Positions 29,398-41,000 of a stretch of 64,000 nucleotides of DNA are shown piece after piece; position 1 is the first letter of the stretch, and each line of letters opens with the position of its first letter. The notes beneath the pieces were generated by a model. That model was not told the origin of the DNA, made no database searches, and worked only from the letters and a program-made list of their open reading frames with translations. The stretch spans positions 1-64,000 of the forward strand of contig CAWFOM010000003.1 in assembly GCA_963817385.1 (NCBI GenBank). Direction: 5' to 3'. Position numbers and translations under genes: made by a program. Source of the DNA: an uncultured delta proteobacterium (GTDB lineage: Bacteria; Desulfobacterota; Syntrophia; Syntrophales; UBA5619).

Positions 29398-30672
29398 ATG
29401 CCGGTATCATCCCCCGATAAGAAGGACAAGATCTTCTATGGTTGGTGGATAGTTTTAGTCGCTTCCATTCTTTCAATTTACGGAAACGGTGTTTTTTATT
29501 ACGGCTTCAGTACGTTTGTGAAACCCGTCGTCCAGGACCTGGCCTGGAGCATGACGGTGGTTTCCGGCGCTTTCTCTATTTACCGCCTTGAGGCGGGAAT
29601 AGCCGCTCCCATTGTGGGTTATTTTCTGGATCGAATCGGTCCTCAAAAACTGGTCTTTGCCGGCGGCCTCATCACGGGGGGTGGGTTCATCTATCTCAGT
29701 TATGTACATACCGTCTTGCCTTTCTACGCCGCCATTATCATCATCTCCTTTGGGTGGAGCGCTTCTTCCGGGGGAGCCCTTGGCAACCCTCTGGTTGGCA
29801 AATGGTTTGTGAAAAAAAGAGGCAGTGCCCTTGGTATTTATAATGCAGCGACCGGGCTTGCCGGTCTTCTTGTCCCGGGAGTGGCTTATCTGATTGTCCA
29901 TTATGGATGGCGTTCAACTCTTTTAATCATGGGACCTCTCACCTGGCTCATCGTCCTGCCGTTATCTTTTTTCTTAAAACACTCACCTGAGCAGTGTGGG
30001 CTCTTGCCGGATGGAGAACCGTGCACTCCTGTCGTCAACGATGCCAATCGAACACAAAAGACCGCAGGATTCGTAGAGGTGGATTTCTCGCTGCGAAAGT
30101 CCATGACCAATTCCGCTTTCTGGATACTTACGGCATGTTTTTCCATGCAACAGATAACTCAGTCGACCGTGTTCGTACACCTGATTCCTTACCTCATCGA
30201 CCTGGGCATCAATCCCACATCCGCTGCATCAGTGGTGAGTTTAATTGCGCTTACCAGCATGGGAGGCAGGTACGGATTCGGATGGCTTGGCGATCGGTTT
30301 AATAAAAAATGGCTGATGATTATTGTTTTCATTATCCAGCCCATCGCCATCTTCTCGCTTCTCCGGGTGCGCGTTTTTATGGATATCGTTCCTTTTGTGC
30401 TCTTGTATTCCACCGCTTATGGCGGCACTGTGGTTCTGAAGGCAACCATAACGGGGGACTACTACGGCCGGAAGAACTATGGAAAGATTTTCGGGGCCAT
30501 TCAGGGGTTCAGTACATTTGGCGGCATCGCCGGTCCCCTTATCGCCGGGTTGGTATACGACATCTACGGGAGTTATCAGTTGGCTTTTATTTCTTTTGCC
30601 ATCATGATGGTTTTCACAGCGCTCCTGACAACATTCTTAAAACGCCCCATCCTGGTGGCAAAAGCCGATTGA
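29398..30672 (+). CDS. MFS transporter (OFA/MCT-like)
   Basis: FYGWWIV, GYFLDRIG, KWFVKKRG, GWLGDRF, about 12 TM segments. Confidence 0.9.
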   Translation: MPVSSPDKKDKIFYGWWIVLVASILSIYGNGVFYYGFSTFVKPVVQDLAWSMTVVSGAFSIYRLEAGIAAPIVGYFLDRIGPQKLVFAGGLITGGGFIYLSYVHTVLPFYAAIIIISFGWSASSGGALGNPLVGKWFVKKRGSALGIYNAATGLAGLLVPGVAYLIVHYGWRSTLLIMGPLTWLIVLPLSFFLKHSPEQCGLLPDGEPCTPVVNDANRTQKTAGFVEVDFSLRKSMTNSAFWILTACFSMQQITQSTVFVHLIPYLIDLGINPTSAASVVSLIALTSMGGRYGFGWLGDRFNKKWLMIIVFIIQPIAIFSLLRVRVFMDIVPFVLLYSTAYGGTVVLKATITGDYYGRKNYGKIFGAIQGFSTFGGIAGPLIAGLVYDIYGSYQLAFISFAIMMVFTALLTTFLKRPILVAKAD

Positions 30673-30682
30673 ATCGTATATA

Positions 30683-31405
30683 GTGAATACCATGACGCAT
30701 GATATCAGGGTTATGACCTCCGGCGCCTTTACGGCGGCACTTCTTGAACTCATTCCGCGATTGGAACTTCTCACCGGGAAAAAAATTATCGCGGCCGCAA
30801 CTTCCATAGGAACAGGAGAGAACTCCATCCCGAACCGGTTAAAGCGCGGAGAAGCCGCGGATATTGTCATCGTGGCAGATGCCGTTTTGCGTGGATTCAT
30901 CCGGGACGGATTGGTCTTGCCTGAAACGTACACTCCTGTCGCGCGATCAACGATCGGCATGGCCGTCCGCGCCGGAGCGCCCGCACCGGACATCAGTACG
31001 GCCGAGGCGCTGAAGCGCACACTACTCCAGGCGAAATCAATCGCGTATTCCGCCAGCGTCAGCGGCCAATATGTAACTACCGAGCTGTATCAACGCCTGG
31101 GAATTGCCGACCAGGTGACAGGCAAAAGCCGGCTCATCGGCGGAGGCGAGCGGGTCGGCGCCGTGGTTGCGCGCGGCGAGGCAGAGATCGGCTTCCAGCA
31201 GATGAGCGAACTGCTCCCCGTACCCGGAATAGCGCATATCACCCCGCTTCCGCCGGAAGTTCAAAAAGTCTCGGTATTTTCGGCCGGCGTCGCCGCAAGT
31301 ACCACGGATTCGACCCTGGCTTACTCGGTGATCAAATTCCTCGTCTCCCCCGAGGCGGCCCATGCAGTCATGAAAAGCGGGTTGGAGCCCATCGGCAACG
31401 GATAA
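30683..31405 (+). CDS. ModA-like substrate-binding domain protein
   Basis: VMTSGAF, GEAADIVI, AKSIAYSASVSG, GEAEIGFQQMSEL. Confidence 0.8.
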   Translation: MNTMTHDIRVMTSGAFTAALLELIPRLELLTGKKIIAAATSIGTGENSIPNRLKRGEAADIVIVADAVLRGFIRDGLVLPETYTPVARSTIGMAVRAGAPAPDISTAEALKRTLLQAKSIAYSASVSGQYVTTELYQRLGIADQVTGKSRLIGGGERVGAVVARGEAEIGFQQMSELLPVPGIAHITPLPPEVQKVSVFSAGVAASTTDSTLAYSVIKFLVSPEAAHAVMKSGLEPIGNG

Positions 31406-31504
31406 CGGGCGGCACTGAAGAACAATACGGCATCCTTGGAAGTGTATGATTGATACGGCCGCAAATCGACCGATGACACGGATTACAACGGTTTCTTGGG
31501 CCGG

Positions 31505-32473
31505 CTACAGGCTGTCAAAAATGTCCTGCAGTTCCGCTTCTTCATAGCCGGCAGCCAGGGCGATCATCAAACAGATCCTCGCCTTTGCGCTGGAAAGACT
31601 CCCGCCGAAGACCACACCCAATTTCTTCAGGGAGGCGCCCCCGCCGGGATAACCATAATAGGGAATGACGCGCCCATAGGCGCAGCGGGTCGTGAGGCCC
31701 ACCGTCAGCCCGGCCGCACGGGCTTCTTTGATTCCCTCGTAATAATTCTTGTTCACGTTCCCCATACCGAGCCCTTCGACCACCAGGCCGGATATGCCGG
31801 CCGCCACGGCCGCGCGAAAGTATTTGCCGTCCGCCCCGCTGTAGAAGGGGATGATATCCACCGCGGGAAGCTCATCCGCCGGCCACCTGAGACAAAACCG
31901 TTCCCGGCGTGTCCCTTTTATGATTACCCGGTCGGGATAGACAAATCCCACTTCTCCGCCGGCAAACGCCTCCAGCGCCGTGGAATGAATTTTCGTGGCT
32001 TCCCGGCCGGCATATATCTTATCGGCAAACGCCACCAGCACCCCCTGATCGGCGGCCGATGGATCGCAGGCAACCCTGAAAGCCGCGGAAAGATTGGAAG
32101 GCCCGTCGGGCCATTCGGCACTGGCAGGCCTCTGCGCCCCGGTCAAGACGACCGGCTTCGGCGTATCGAGGAGCAGATCCAGGAGAAAGGCCGTCTCTTC
32201 CAGCGTGGCCGTGCCATGGGTGACGACCGCCCCCTTGATCTCCTTCCTTTGGAGGGTGTCCTTGAGGAGCGTCCCCAACTCGAGCATATCGGAAGGGGTC
32301 ATGTAGGGACTGTTGATCTTTCGGAAATCGATCGTCTCCACCTGATGATCCTTGAGATCAAGGCCGGAGATCAGATCTTCGCCGCTCTTTTTGGAAATAT
32401 ACCCCTGGATTTTGCTGTCCATCTCCGCCGATATCGTTCCGCCCGTAGCGATCAACACTATTTTTTTCTTCAT
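31505..32473 (-). CDS. Asparaginase/glutaminase family protein (HGTAT variant)
   Basis: IATGGTIS, VTHGTATLEETA, VLTGAQRP, DGPSNL, KIHST, GLGMGN. Confidence 0.85.
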   Translation of the reverse strand: MKKKIVLIATGGTISAEMDSKIQGYISKKSGEDLISGLDLKDHQVETIDFRKINSPYMTPSDMLELGTLLKDTLQRKEIKGAVVTHGTATLEETAFLLDLLLDTPKPVVLTGAQRPASAEWPDGPSNLSAAFRVACDPSAADQGVLVAFADKIYAGREATKIHSTALEAFAGGEVGFVYPDRVIIKGTRRERFCLRWPADELPAVDIIPFYSGADGKYFRAAVAAGISGLVVEGLGMGNVNKNYYEGIKEARAAGLTVGLTTRCAYGRVIPYYGYPGGGASLKKLGVVFGGSLSSAKARICLMIALAAGYEEAELQDIFDSL

Positions 32474-32534
32474 CGATGGATACACTCCTTCCGAATCGGT
32501 TTATTGGTTTTTACTCCTGCGGCCAAACAGATCA

Positions 32535-32622
32535 AATGTCATGCCGGACCCCGGATCGAGTCCGGGGCAGGCTCTGATCAGGCATCCAGTCTATACTGGT
32601 TCCCGGCAGGCGCCGGGACGAC
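32535..32622. repeat. REP-like palindromic element (GTCATGCCGG family), nested form
   Basis: ATGTCATGCCGGACC[CCGGATCGAGTCCGGGGCAGGCTC]TGATCAGGCATCCAG...CTGGTTCCCGGC..GCCGGGACGAC; related copy at 47931-47960. Confidence 0.7.
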
Positions 32623-32878
32623 GTGTGGATTCCGGGGCATCTTACACCCATCATGGCCGAACTGGCAATAATCGATCGCCAGTCAATCCGGAATCCGGCC
32701 CGGCTGTTCATGCATCCGGCCTTTGAGAATATGCCTACCATTTTGTGTAATCTCAATTACCATTCCCTTCCAAAATTTTATGTCTTATTGAATAGTGGAA
32801 TAATGCCAACCAGTGGGTGGTGCCCGATTCGTTCGGGATTGGTCAAGTAAGTCACTGAGCTGTTCAATAGGAGGCAAT

Positions 32879-33409
32879 ATGAATCTCTTCCGAATCATAG
32901 CGATGTGTTTGATGATGGCATGGGCGATCGCCTCGCCGGCGGCGACAGCGGCCGCAGCCGACCCGGAGGCCGGGCAGCCGGCGAAATTTACCGTCGGCCA
33001 GCCGGCTCCCGATTTCGATCTGACCCTGATGAACGGGAAAAAGGTGACGCTGCGGGGGTTTCAAGGGAAGTCGGTGGTTGTCGTGTTCTGGCGCTCGGGG
33101 TGACCCGTATGTCAACGGGAGGCTCCCGTTTTAGAGGCAACATACAAGGAATACCGCAAGCGAGGCCTGGTGATTCTCGGGATTGGTATCATGCAGGACG
33201 AGGATCAACCTGCCCGCAATTTTGTGAAAAGATACAAGCTCACGTATCCGAACGGACGCGACATCTCGGGAACAATCGGATCGCTCTATGACGTTAAAGG
33301 TACGCCTACCGTCATTTTCGTCGATAAGGCGGGTAACCTGGTGGAGCGGCATGCGGGAGCGATGCCCGAGGAGGAGTTCCGGCAGCGGATCAAAGATCTC
33401 CTGAAATAG
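32879..33409 (+). CDS. Selenocysteine-containing TlpA/thioredoxin-like disulfide reductase (UxxC), secreted
   Basis: Two track ORFs are in frame across TGA 33101-33103: signal peptide, GQPAPDFDL, VVVFWRSG-U-PVC-QREAP, YDVKGTPTVIFVDKAG; SECIS-like hairpin follows. Confidence 0.9.
33114..33130 (+). promoter_or_regulatory. Putative bacterial SECIS element
   Basis: AACGGGA-GGC-TCCCGTT perfect 7-bp stem with a G-containing loop 18-20 nt after the UGA. Confidence 0.7.
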
Positions 33410-33417
33410 GAGCGAAA

Positions 33418-34347
33418 ATGAGCAAGATCGAGATGCTTGAACCCGAGGTCCTGCACCAGTGGCTCGGCGAAGCGAAGCCGATCGTTGTCATCGACGTCCT
33501 GGTGGACGACCATTTCAAGGCCGTCCATCTTCCCGCGGCCAGAAACTTTTGCGTCTACGAGATCGTCTTCCTGGAGAACATCGCCAAAAGCATACCTGAC
33601 AAGGATCAGGAGATCGTTGTCTACGGGTCCGGCGAAAAATCACTGGAGGCAAAGACCGCAGCAGAAAAGCTCATCAACGCCGGTTACCGGAAGGTGCATG
33701 TATTGCGGGGCGGCCTGAAAGGGTGGAAGGCGCTGGGCTACGACGTGGAAGGCGAAGACGTCGCCGCACTCGAACGGACTGAGCAAGCCCCGCCCCTGGT
33801 CGACGGCCGTTACGCCGTTGACACCGAGCAGAGCGTCATCCACTGGTTCGGGCGGAACAAAAATACGATCCACCGGGGAACGCTCAATCTATCCGCGGGC
33901 GAGCTCATTTTCAAGAATGGCGAACCCACGGGGACCTTCGAGATCGATATGACATCGATAAAGGATATCGACCTGGAAGGCGACCCCCTCCAGCCGCAGC
34001 TGGTCGCCCACCTGAAGTCCGAGGACTTCTTTTTTGTCAGGATGTTCCCCAGGGCGTCCTTTACGATCACCTCCGCAAAGCAGATCGAAGAGGTGCCGTC
34101 GAGCCTGCACAATTTCAGCGTGCAGGGAATGTTCGAGTTGCGGGGCACGAAGAACGACCTCGCCTTCCTGGCAACGGCAAGCTCCCCGCAGAACGGCGAG
34201 GTCAAGATCGAGGCCCATTTCGACATCGATCGGACACGCTGGGGGGTGCTCTACGGGTCGAGCAAATTCTTCGAACACCTCGGTTATCATCTGGTCTACA
34301 ATCCGATAAGCGTTCAGATATGTCTTCTGGTGCGAATTAAAACATGA
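33418..34347 (+). CDS. Rhodanese-like + YceI fusion protein
   Basis: N-terminal VIDV...HLPAA...AGYRKVHVLRGGLKGW; C-terminal YceI SVIHWFG, FEIDMTSI, HLKSEDFF, IDRTRWG. Confidence 0.88.
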   Translation: MSKIEMLEPEVLHQWLGEAKPIVVIDVLVDDHFKAVHLPAARNFCVYEIVFLENIAKSIPDKDQEIVVYGSGEKSLEAKTAAEKLINAGYRKVHVLRGGLKGWKALGYDVEGEDVAALERTEQAPPLVDGRYAVDTEQSVIHWFGRNKNTIHRGTLNLSAGELIFKNGEPTGTFEIDMTSIKDIDLEGDPLQPQLVAHLKSEDFFFVRMFPRASFTITSAKQIEEVPSSLHNFSVQGMFELRGTKNDLAFLATASSPQNGEVKIEAHFDIDRTRWGVLYGSSKFFEHLGYHLVYNPISVQICLLVRIKT

Positions 34348-34546
34348 GTGCCAGAAATTTTCAGATGAGAAGATAATTTACTGCCCATGAATAAGCCAGC
34401 CCTCCAAATATAGTACAATCCCTGTGACCCATTGTTTTACGTTAGCATTCTTGTGCAAATCGTGATAATCAGAGTGGCATATGTAAACCGGTGATTTCAG
34501 CATAAAAGTTAATAACCATGTATGAGGGTACCATGGACTGATTCCG

Positions 34547-34582
34547 AAACCCCGTGTCTCCAGAAGAGAACGGGGTTTTTTT
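34547..34582 (+). terminator. Intrinsic terminator upstream of the defence island
   Basis: AAACCCCGT...ACGGGGTTT stem with T7 tract. Confidence 0.75.
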
Positions 34583-34665
34583 ATTGCAGATTAGGCGATT
34601 GCAGAGAATGAAATTCTGAACCATTGATGGGACTCCTCTGGTAATAGGAAGGAAGGTTCTAGCCC

Positions 34666-37600
34666 ATGCCCCAGATATTCGACAACATCGAAAGGCATCT
34701 CGTATCCGCTCTTTCAGAAGCGATGGGATTGTCGGAACGGGCGGATTTCTGCGTAGGCTATTTCAACCTGCGAGGATGGCGAAAGGTTGATTCACTGGTC
34801 GAGAAGTGGGCCGGAGGCGACGGCCATTGCTGCAGGCTTTTGGTGGGCATGCAGCAGATGCCGCAGGATCAACTCCGCTCAGCTATGAGCCTGGTCAAGG
34901 GCGAAGAGCAGATTGATCAGGCAACGGCCGTCGCCTTGAAGCGCAAGCTTGCGGAGGATTTTCGCAACCAACTGACCGTGGGGATCCCAACGAACGATGA
35001 TGAAGAGGGGCTTCGTCGCCTCGCGGCGCAAATCACCGCACGTAAGCTGGTTGTGAAGCTATTCCTTCGTCATCCGCTTCACGCGAAACTCTATCTGTGT
35101 TTCCGGCAAGACCCCCTCAATCCCAAGATCGGGTACCTGGGCAGCAGCAACCTCACCTTGGCGGGACTTTCAAAGCAGGGTGAACTCAATGTGGATGTCC
35201 TCGACCATGATGCCTGTGACAAGCTTGCCAGGTGGTTCAAGGATCGTTGGGACGACAGGTTCTGCATCGATATTTCCAAGGAACTCGTCGAGATCATCAA
35301 CACCAGTTGGGCGCGCCCCGAGCCGATTCCTCCGTATCACATTTACGTGAAGATGGCTTATCACCTTTCCCAGGAGGCGCGATCCGGTTTGACGGAGTTT
35401 CGCATCCCCAGCGATTTCGGTAACATGCTTTTTGAATTCCAAAAGGCGGCGGTGAAGATCGCCGCTCATCACCTCAACAAGCGCGGGGGCGTCGTCATCG
35501 GCGACGTTGTCGGGCTTGGCAAGACTCTGATGGCGACAGCGCTGGCCCGCATCTTTGAGGATGATCACTGTGTCGAAACACTCATCATATGCCCAAAGAA
35601 CCTGGTGCGTATGTGGGAGGATTACCGCCAGCAATATCGCCTTCGGGCCAAGGTGCTTTCCATCACCCAGGCTCAAAGGGAGCTTCCAGACCTGAGGCGG
35701 TTCCGCTTGGTGCTGATAGACGAAAGCCACAACCTGCGAAACAGAGAAGGCAGCCGCTATCGTGCCATCGCCGAGTACATCGCCGCCAACGACAGTCGCG
35801 TGATTTTGCTTTCGGCTACGCCATACAACAAGACCTATCTGGATCTGTCCAACCAGCTCCGCTTATTCATTGACGAGAAGAAGGACATTGGCATTCGCCC
35901 TGAGAAGTTGATCCGGGAACTGGGCGAGATGGAGTTCATAAAGCGCCACCAATGTCCCACTCGATCACTGGCTGCCTTTGAGAAGAGCGAATACGCTGAC
36001 GACTGGCGGGATCTCATGCGGCTCTATCTTGTCCGCCGCACTCGAAGCTTTATCGAGGATAACTACGCCAAGTTGGACCCAGAGCGCAAACGAAAGTATC
36101 TCGAATTCTCGGACGGGACAAGATCCTATTTCCCCACGCGCATTCCCAAGACGGTGAAGTTCGCAATCAGCGAGAAGGACCCCAACGACCCTTACGCGCG
36201 TTTGTTTTCCGACGACGTGGTCGATACGGTGAACGGCCTGGCGCTGCCACGATACGGCTTGGGCAACTATGTGAAACCGACGCCCCACGAACCGCCGACA
36301 CCCGACGAAGCCAGGGTACTGGCCGATTTGTCCCGTGCCGGCACGCGACTGAAGGGATTCTGCCGCACGAACCTCTTCAAACGTTTGGAGAGCAGCGGGC
36401 AGGCCTTCATTCAGTCCGTTGAGCGGCACATCCTCCGCAACTTTATCTGTCGTCCATGCGATGGAGAACGACCTGCCCCTCCCAATCGGAACGCAAGACA
36501 TAGGCATGCTTGATACCTGGGCGAATGACCAGGACAGCGACTGGTGGGATCCCGCCGCCGACGGTGACGACAATAACAATGCGACGGCAGATCCGGCCGT
36601 TGCCAGCCCGCATGTTACAACCGAAAAGGAATTTCGGGAGCGAGCATGCCAAGTTATACGACACCTACGCGAAACAATTCCGCCGAAGATTCAAGTGGCT
36701 CAAGCCTGATCTCTTCAATGATGACCTGGCCAAGGACCTGCGTAGGGATATCAGGTCGCTCATGAACGTCCTGAAAAAGGCGGGCGGCTGGGACCCCAAG
36801 CGCGACACGAAACTGCGGGAACTGCTCACTCTCCTGACCAAAAAACACGGCGAGGACAAAATCCTGGTATTCTCCCAGTTTGCCGACACGGTGGATTATC
36901 TTGCCGGTCAACTCAAGGCAGCCGGCCTGCAGGCTCTCGAAGGCGTAACCGGGGATACGGAAGATCCCACCGGAATGGCCTACCGTTTCAGCCCGGTCAG
37001 CAACAACAAACGCGATCGATCCGGAGCGATGAGCTGCGCGTGGTTCTTGCCACCGACGTGCTCAGCGAAGGCCAGAACCTTCAGGATTGCTCGATCGTCG
37101 TCAACTACGACCTGCCCTGGGCCATCATCCGACTGATCCAGCGCGCCGGACGTGTGGACCGTATCGGGCAAAAGTCGGATACGATACTCTGCTACTCGTT
37201 TTTGCCTGCCGATGGCGTGGAGAGGATCATCCGTCTGCGTGCACGGGTGCGACAGCGCCTGCAGGAGAACGCCGAGGTCGTCGGCACTGACGAGACGTTT
37301 TTCGAAGATCAGGACAATGCCGAGGTCGTACGCGATCTGTTCACCGAGAAAGCCGGCATCCTCGACGGCGACGAAGACACCGAGGTTGACCTGGCCTCCT
37401 ATGCGTATCAGATATGGAAAAACGCCATTGATCGAAATCCCGAACTGGAGAAGATCATTCCGGCCATGCCGAACGTGGTTTACTCGACGCGGCCGCATAA
37501 GCCGATGGCCGGTCAACCGGAAGGCGCGCTGCTCTACCTGCGAACGGCCGAGGGCAATGATGCCCTGGCCTGGATCGATAAGCAGGGCAACAGCGTCACC

Positions 37601-38056
37601 GAATCTCAATTTACCATATTGAAGGCCGCCGAATGCCTCCCCGATACCCCGGCGCTGCCGCGCCACAACGATCACCACGAGATGGTCGCCAAAGGGGTGA
37701 AACTGATTGTCGAAACCGAGAAATCCGTCGGCGGCCAACTCGGCCGCCCCTCCGGCGCCCGGTTCCGCACTTACGAGCGCCTGAAAGCATACGCCGAAGA
37801 AATCAAAGGCACTCTTTTCGATACGCCTGAACTCCTTAAGGCCATTGAGGAAATATACCGATATCCGTTGCTCCAGTCCGCGACCGACACACTGAACCGG
37901 CAGCTCAAGAGCGGGATCAGCAACCAAACATTGGCCGAGCTGGTGCTGTCGCTCCGCGCCGATGCCCGCCTCTGCCGCGTTGCTGAAAATGTTGAATCGA
38001 CCGAACCGCAAGTGATCTGTTCCCTTGGCTTAAAGAGTGAGGAGGTAAAGGGGTAG
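34666..38056 (+). CDS. PLD-family nuclease + SNF2-type helicase fusion (three apparent frameshifts near 36448, 36647, 37018)
   Basis: CVGYF, HAKLY...GSSNLT (PLD); GDVVGLGKT, DESH, SATP, VRRTR, VFSQF, TDVLSEGQNLQ, NYDLPW..RLIQRAGRVDRIGQ spread across four consecutive ORF pieces. Confidence 0.88.
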
Positions 38057-38060
38057 AAGC

Positions 38061-41000
38061 ATGAAGATTAATGTCGCCGAAGTCCGCCAGTGCCTCAAGT
38101 CATTCGATTTCAGTACGCTCTTTCGCGAGCATCTCGGTTGGGATAACTGCCAGGCAAGGTTGGATATCCCGGTGGATGGCCGAAATATCCCCCTGACCGC
38201 CCTTGCGCAGAAACGGGGGTTTGTCGCTTTCGTTTGCGCTGGCCCTATCCCCGACCGAGCCACGCGCCTGAAAATTGACCACCAGACGACCAAATCCGTA
38301 CGCGAGCATTTCGTCATTTATGCCGACAAGAGCATTGGACGGCAGGTTTGGCAGTGGGTCCGCCGTGAGCAGGGCAAGCCCCTGGCCAGCCGCGACCACC
38401 GCTTTGATACCGGCCAGTCGGGCGATCCCCTCATTCAGCGACTCGACAATATTGCCGTGACCCTTGATGAGGAGGAGCAGATTACCGTCGTGGATGTGGC
38501 GGGACGCGCCCGGGCGGCCTTCGATGTGGACAGGATTACCAAGCGCTTCTACGATCGCTTCAAGACCGAGCACACGGCCTTTCTCAAGTTTCGTCAAGGG
38601 CATCAAGGCCGAAGCCGATCTTCAATGGTACACCTCGCTGATGCTCAACCGGCTGATGTTCATCTACTTCATCCAGAAGAAAGGCTTCCTTGACGGCGAC
38701 ACGGATTACCTGCGCAATCGCCTGAGGATGGTTCAGCAGGTCAGGGGTAGGGACAAGTTCCAGTCCTTCTACCGCTATTTTCTCCTGCGGCTTTTTCATG
38801 AAGGCCTGGGCAAATCGCCCGATGAGCGCAGGTTTGACCCAACCATGGAAGAGCTGCTCGGCAAGGTCCCGTACCTTAACGGCGGCTTCTTTGAAGTCCA
38901 CGATCTTGAAAAGCGTTACCCTGAGATCGATATCCCGGACAAGGCCTTCGAGAAGCTCTTCGACTTCTTCGACCAGTACTCCTGGCACCTTGACGAGCGC
39001 CCCTTGCGCGCCGACAACGAGATCAACCCCGATGTGGTCGGCTACATCTTTGAGAAGTATATCAACCAGAAGCAGATGGGGGCTTACTACACCAAGGAAG
39101 ACATCACCGAATACATCAGCAAGAATACGGTTATCCCGTTTCTCTTCGACGCTGCCCAAAAGAAGTGCGCTATCGCCTTCAACCCCGACAGCGCTCTGTG
39201 GCGCTTGCTGCGCGATAACCCCGACCGCTACCTATACCCTGCTGTCCGCCATGGTGTGATCCACGAAGACGGCTCTCTTGTCCCTGAGTCCGAGCTGCCC
39301 GATTTCGTGCAAAAGGGCATGCACGATCCCAAGGCCCGCATGCACGAAAACCGCTACAACCTCCAGCAGGCGCCGGGCGACGATCCGATACGCCTGGTCA
39401 CCGAAACCTGGCGCGAATACATCTATCGCCGGACCCGCTGTCTGGAAATCCGCGAGAAGCTCCGCAAGGGCGAAGTCCACCAGATCAATGACCTGATCAC
39501 GCTGAACCTGGACATCTGGCAGTTCGCCCGAGACGCCATCATCAATGCCGAAGGGCCGGAGCTGCTGCGCGCCTTCTGGCACGCCATCGAGAAGCTCACC
39601 GTTCTTGATCCGACCTGCGGGTCGGGCGCGTTTCTCTTCGCCGCCCTGCGAATCCTCGAGACGCTCTACAGCGATTGTCTGGAGCGGATGGAACGGTTTG
39701 TCGAGGATCTTGAAGGCAAGCCTCATCATCCTGAGCAATACAGCGACTTCAAGAAAATCCTGGCCCAGATCGCCAAGCACCCCAATGAACGCTACTTCAT
39801 TCTTAAGTCCATCATCATCAACAATCTCTTCGGAGTGGACATCATGGAAGAGGCGGTGGAAATCTGCAAACTGCGCCTCTTCCTCAAGCTCGTGGCCCAG
39901 GTCGAAACAGCAGAGCAGATCGAACCGTTGCCCGATGTCGATTTTAACATCCGGGCAGGCAATACGCTGGTGGGCTACGCCACGGCTGATCAGGCCCGCA
40001 AGGCCTTCACGGAAGAAGACAATCGGACAGGCAGATACAGAGTAAACTGCTTATCGGCGAAACAGAGCGATGCCTACAAGCGTTTTGAGGAAGAGCGCCG
40101 AACTGGTCGACAAGGCATTCCAGCCAATTCCGCGCCCAACAAACCACCCACGGCGGCAAGGTCACGTATAAGGACAAGCAGGAACTCCGCAAGCGCTTGG
40201 CGAAACTCGACGAGGAACTTGACCGCTATCTCGCCGGTGAATACGGAATCGATGTCAAGAAACAGAAGGAATTCGAGACCTGGAAAGCCAGCCACCAGCC
40301 TTTCCACTGGTTTGTGGAGTTCTACGGCATCATGAGCGGAGGCGGGTTTGATGTTATTATCGGCAATCCGCCTTATCTGGAACGGTCTAAACTGTCAGGT
40401 TCCTACTCGGTACGAGGATTCAAGACAGAAGCGTGTCGTGACATCTATTCTTGGGTGGTTGAGCGAACGTTCCACCTGATTAAAGCTACCGATGGAGGGA
40501 TAGGGTTAATCGTTCCCGTATCCCTGGCCTCCTCTGCTTCATTTAATGTGCTGCGTGACATCGTGGGAGCGCAATCGCGCTACCTGTGGCTTTCACATTT
40601 TGCCAACAGGCCTGGTCAACTCTTTGTCGGAGCTCAAAACCGTCTTATGATTATATTAAGTTCATCGGCTGGCCTGCGCACGAGCCAGTACAGCACGCGC
40701 TACCACCGCTGGGATGCAAGAAATGGCGAGAGGGATAAGCTTTTTACAACATTAAGATATGGAGTTCTAGAAGACCTGGCACGCGAGTTCCACGGGCTCT
40801 ATCCGAAGGTCGGCGCTACCGAAGGCTTGAGCATTCTCAGAAAGATCCGAGGCCCACAACCACTCAGTGCATCGTTGAAAAAGCAGTCGAAGTATCCGAT
40901 ATTCTGGGTAAGAGTGCCGGGGTATTTTTGTCAATTCTTTCTCGAACCACCCCAAGCGCGCCCTGAAAAAGGTGGTTCGTCCAGACCACGCGGAGAGATC

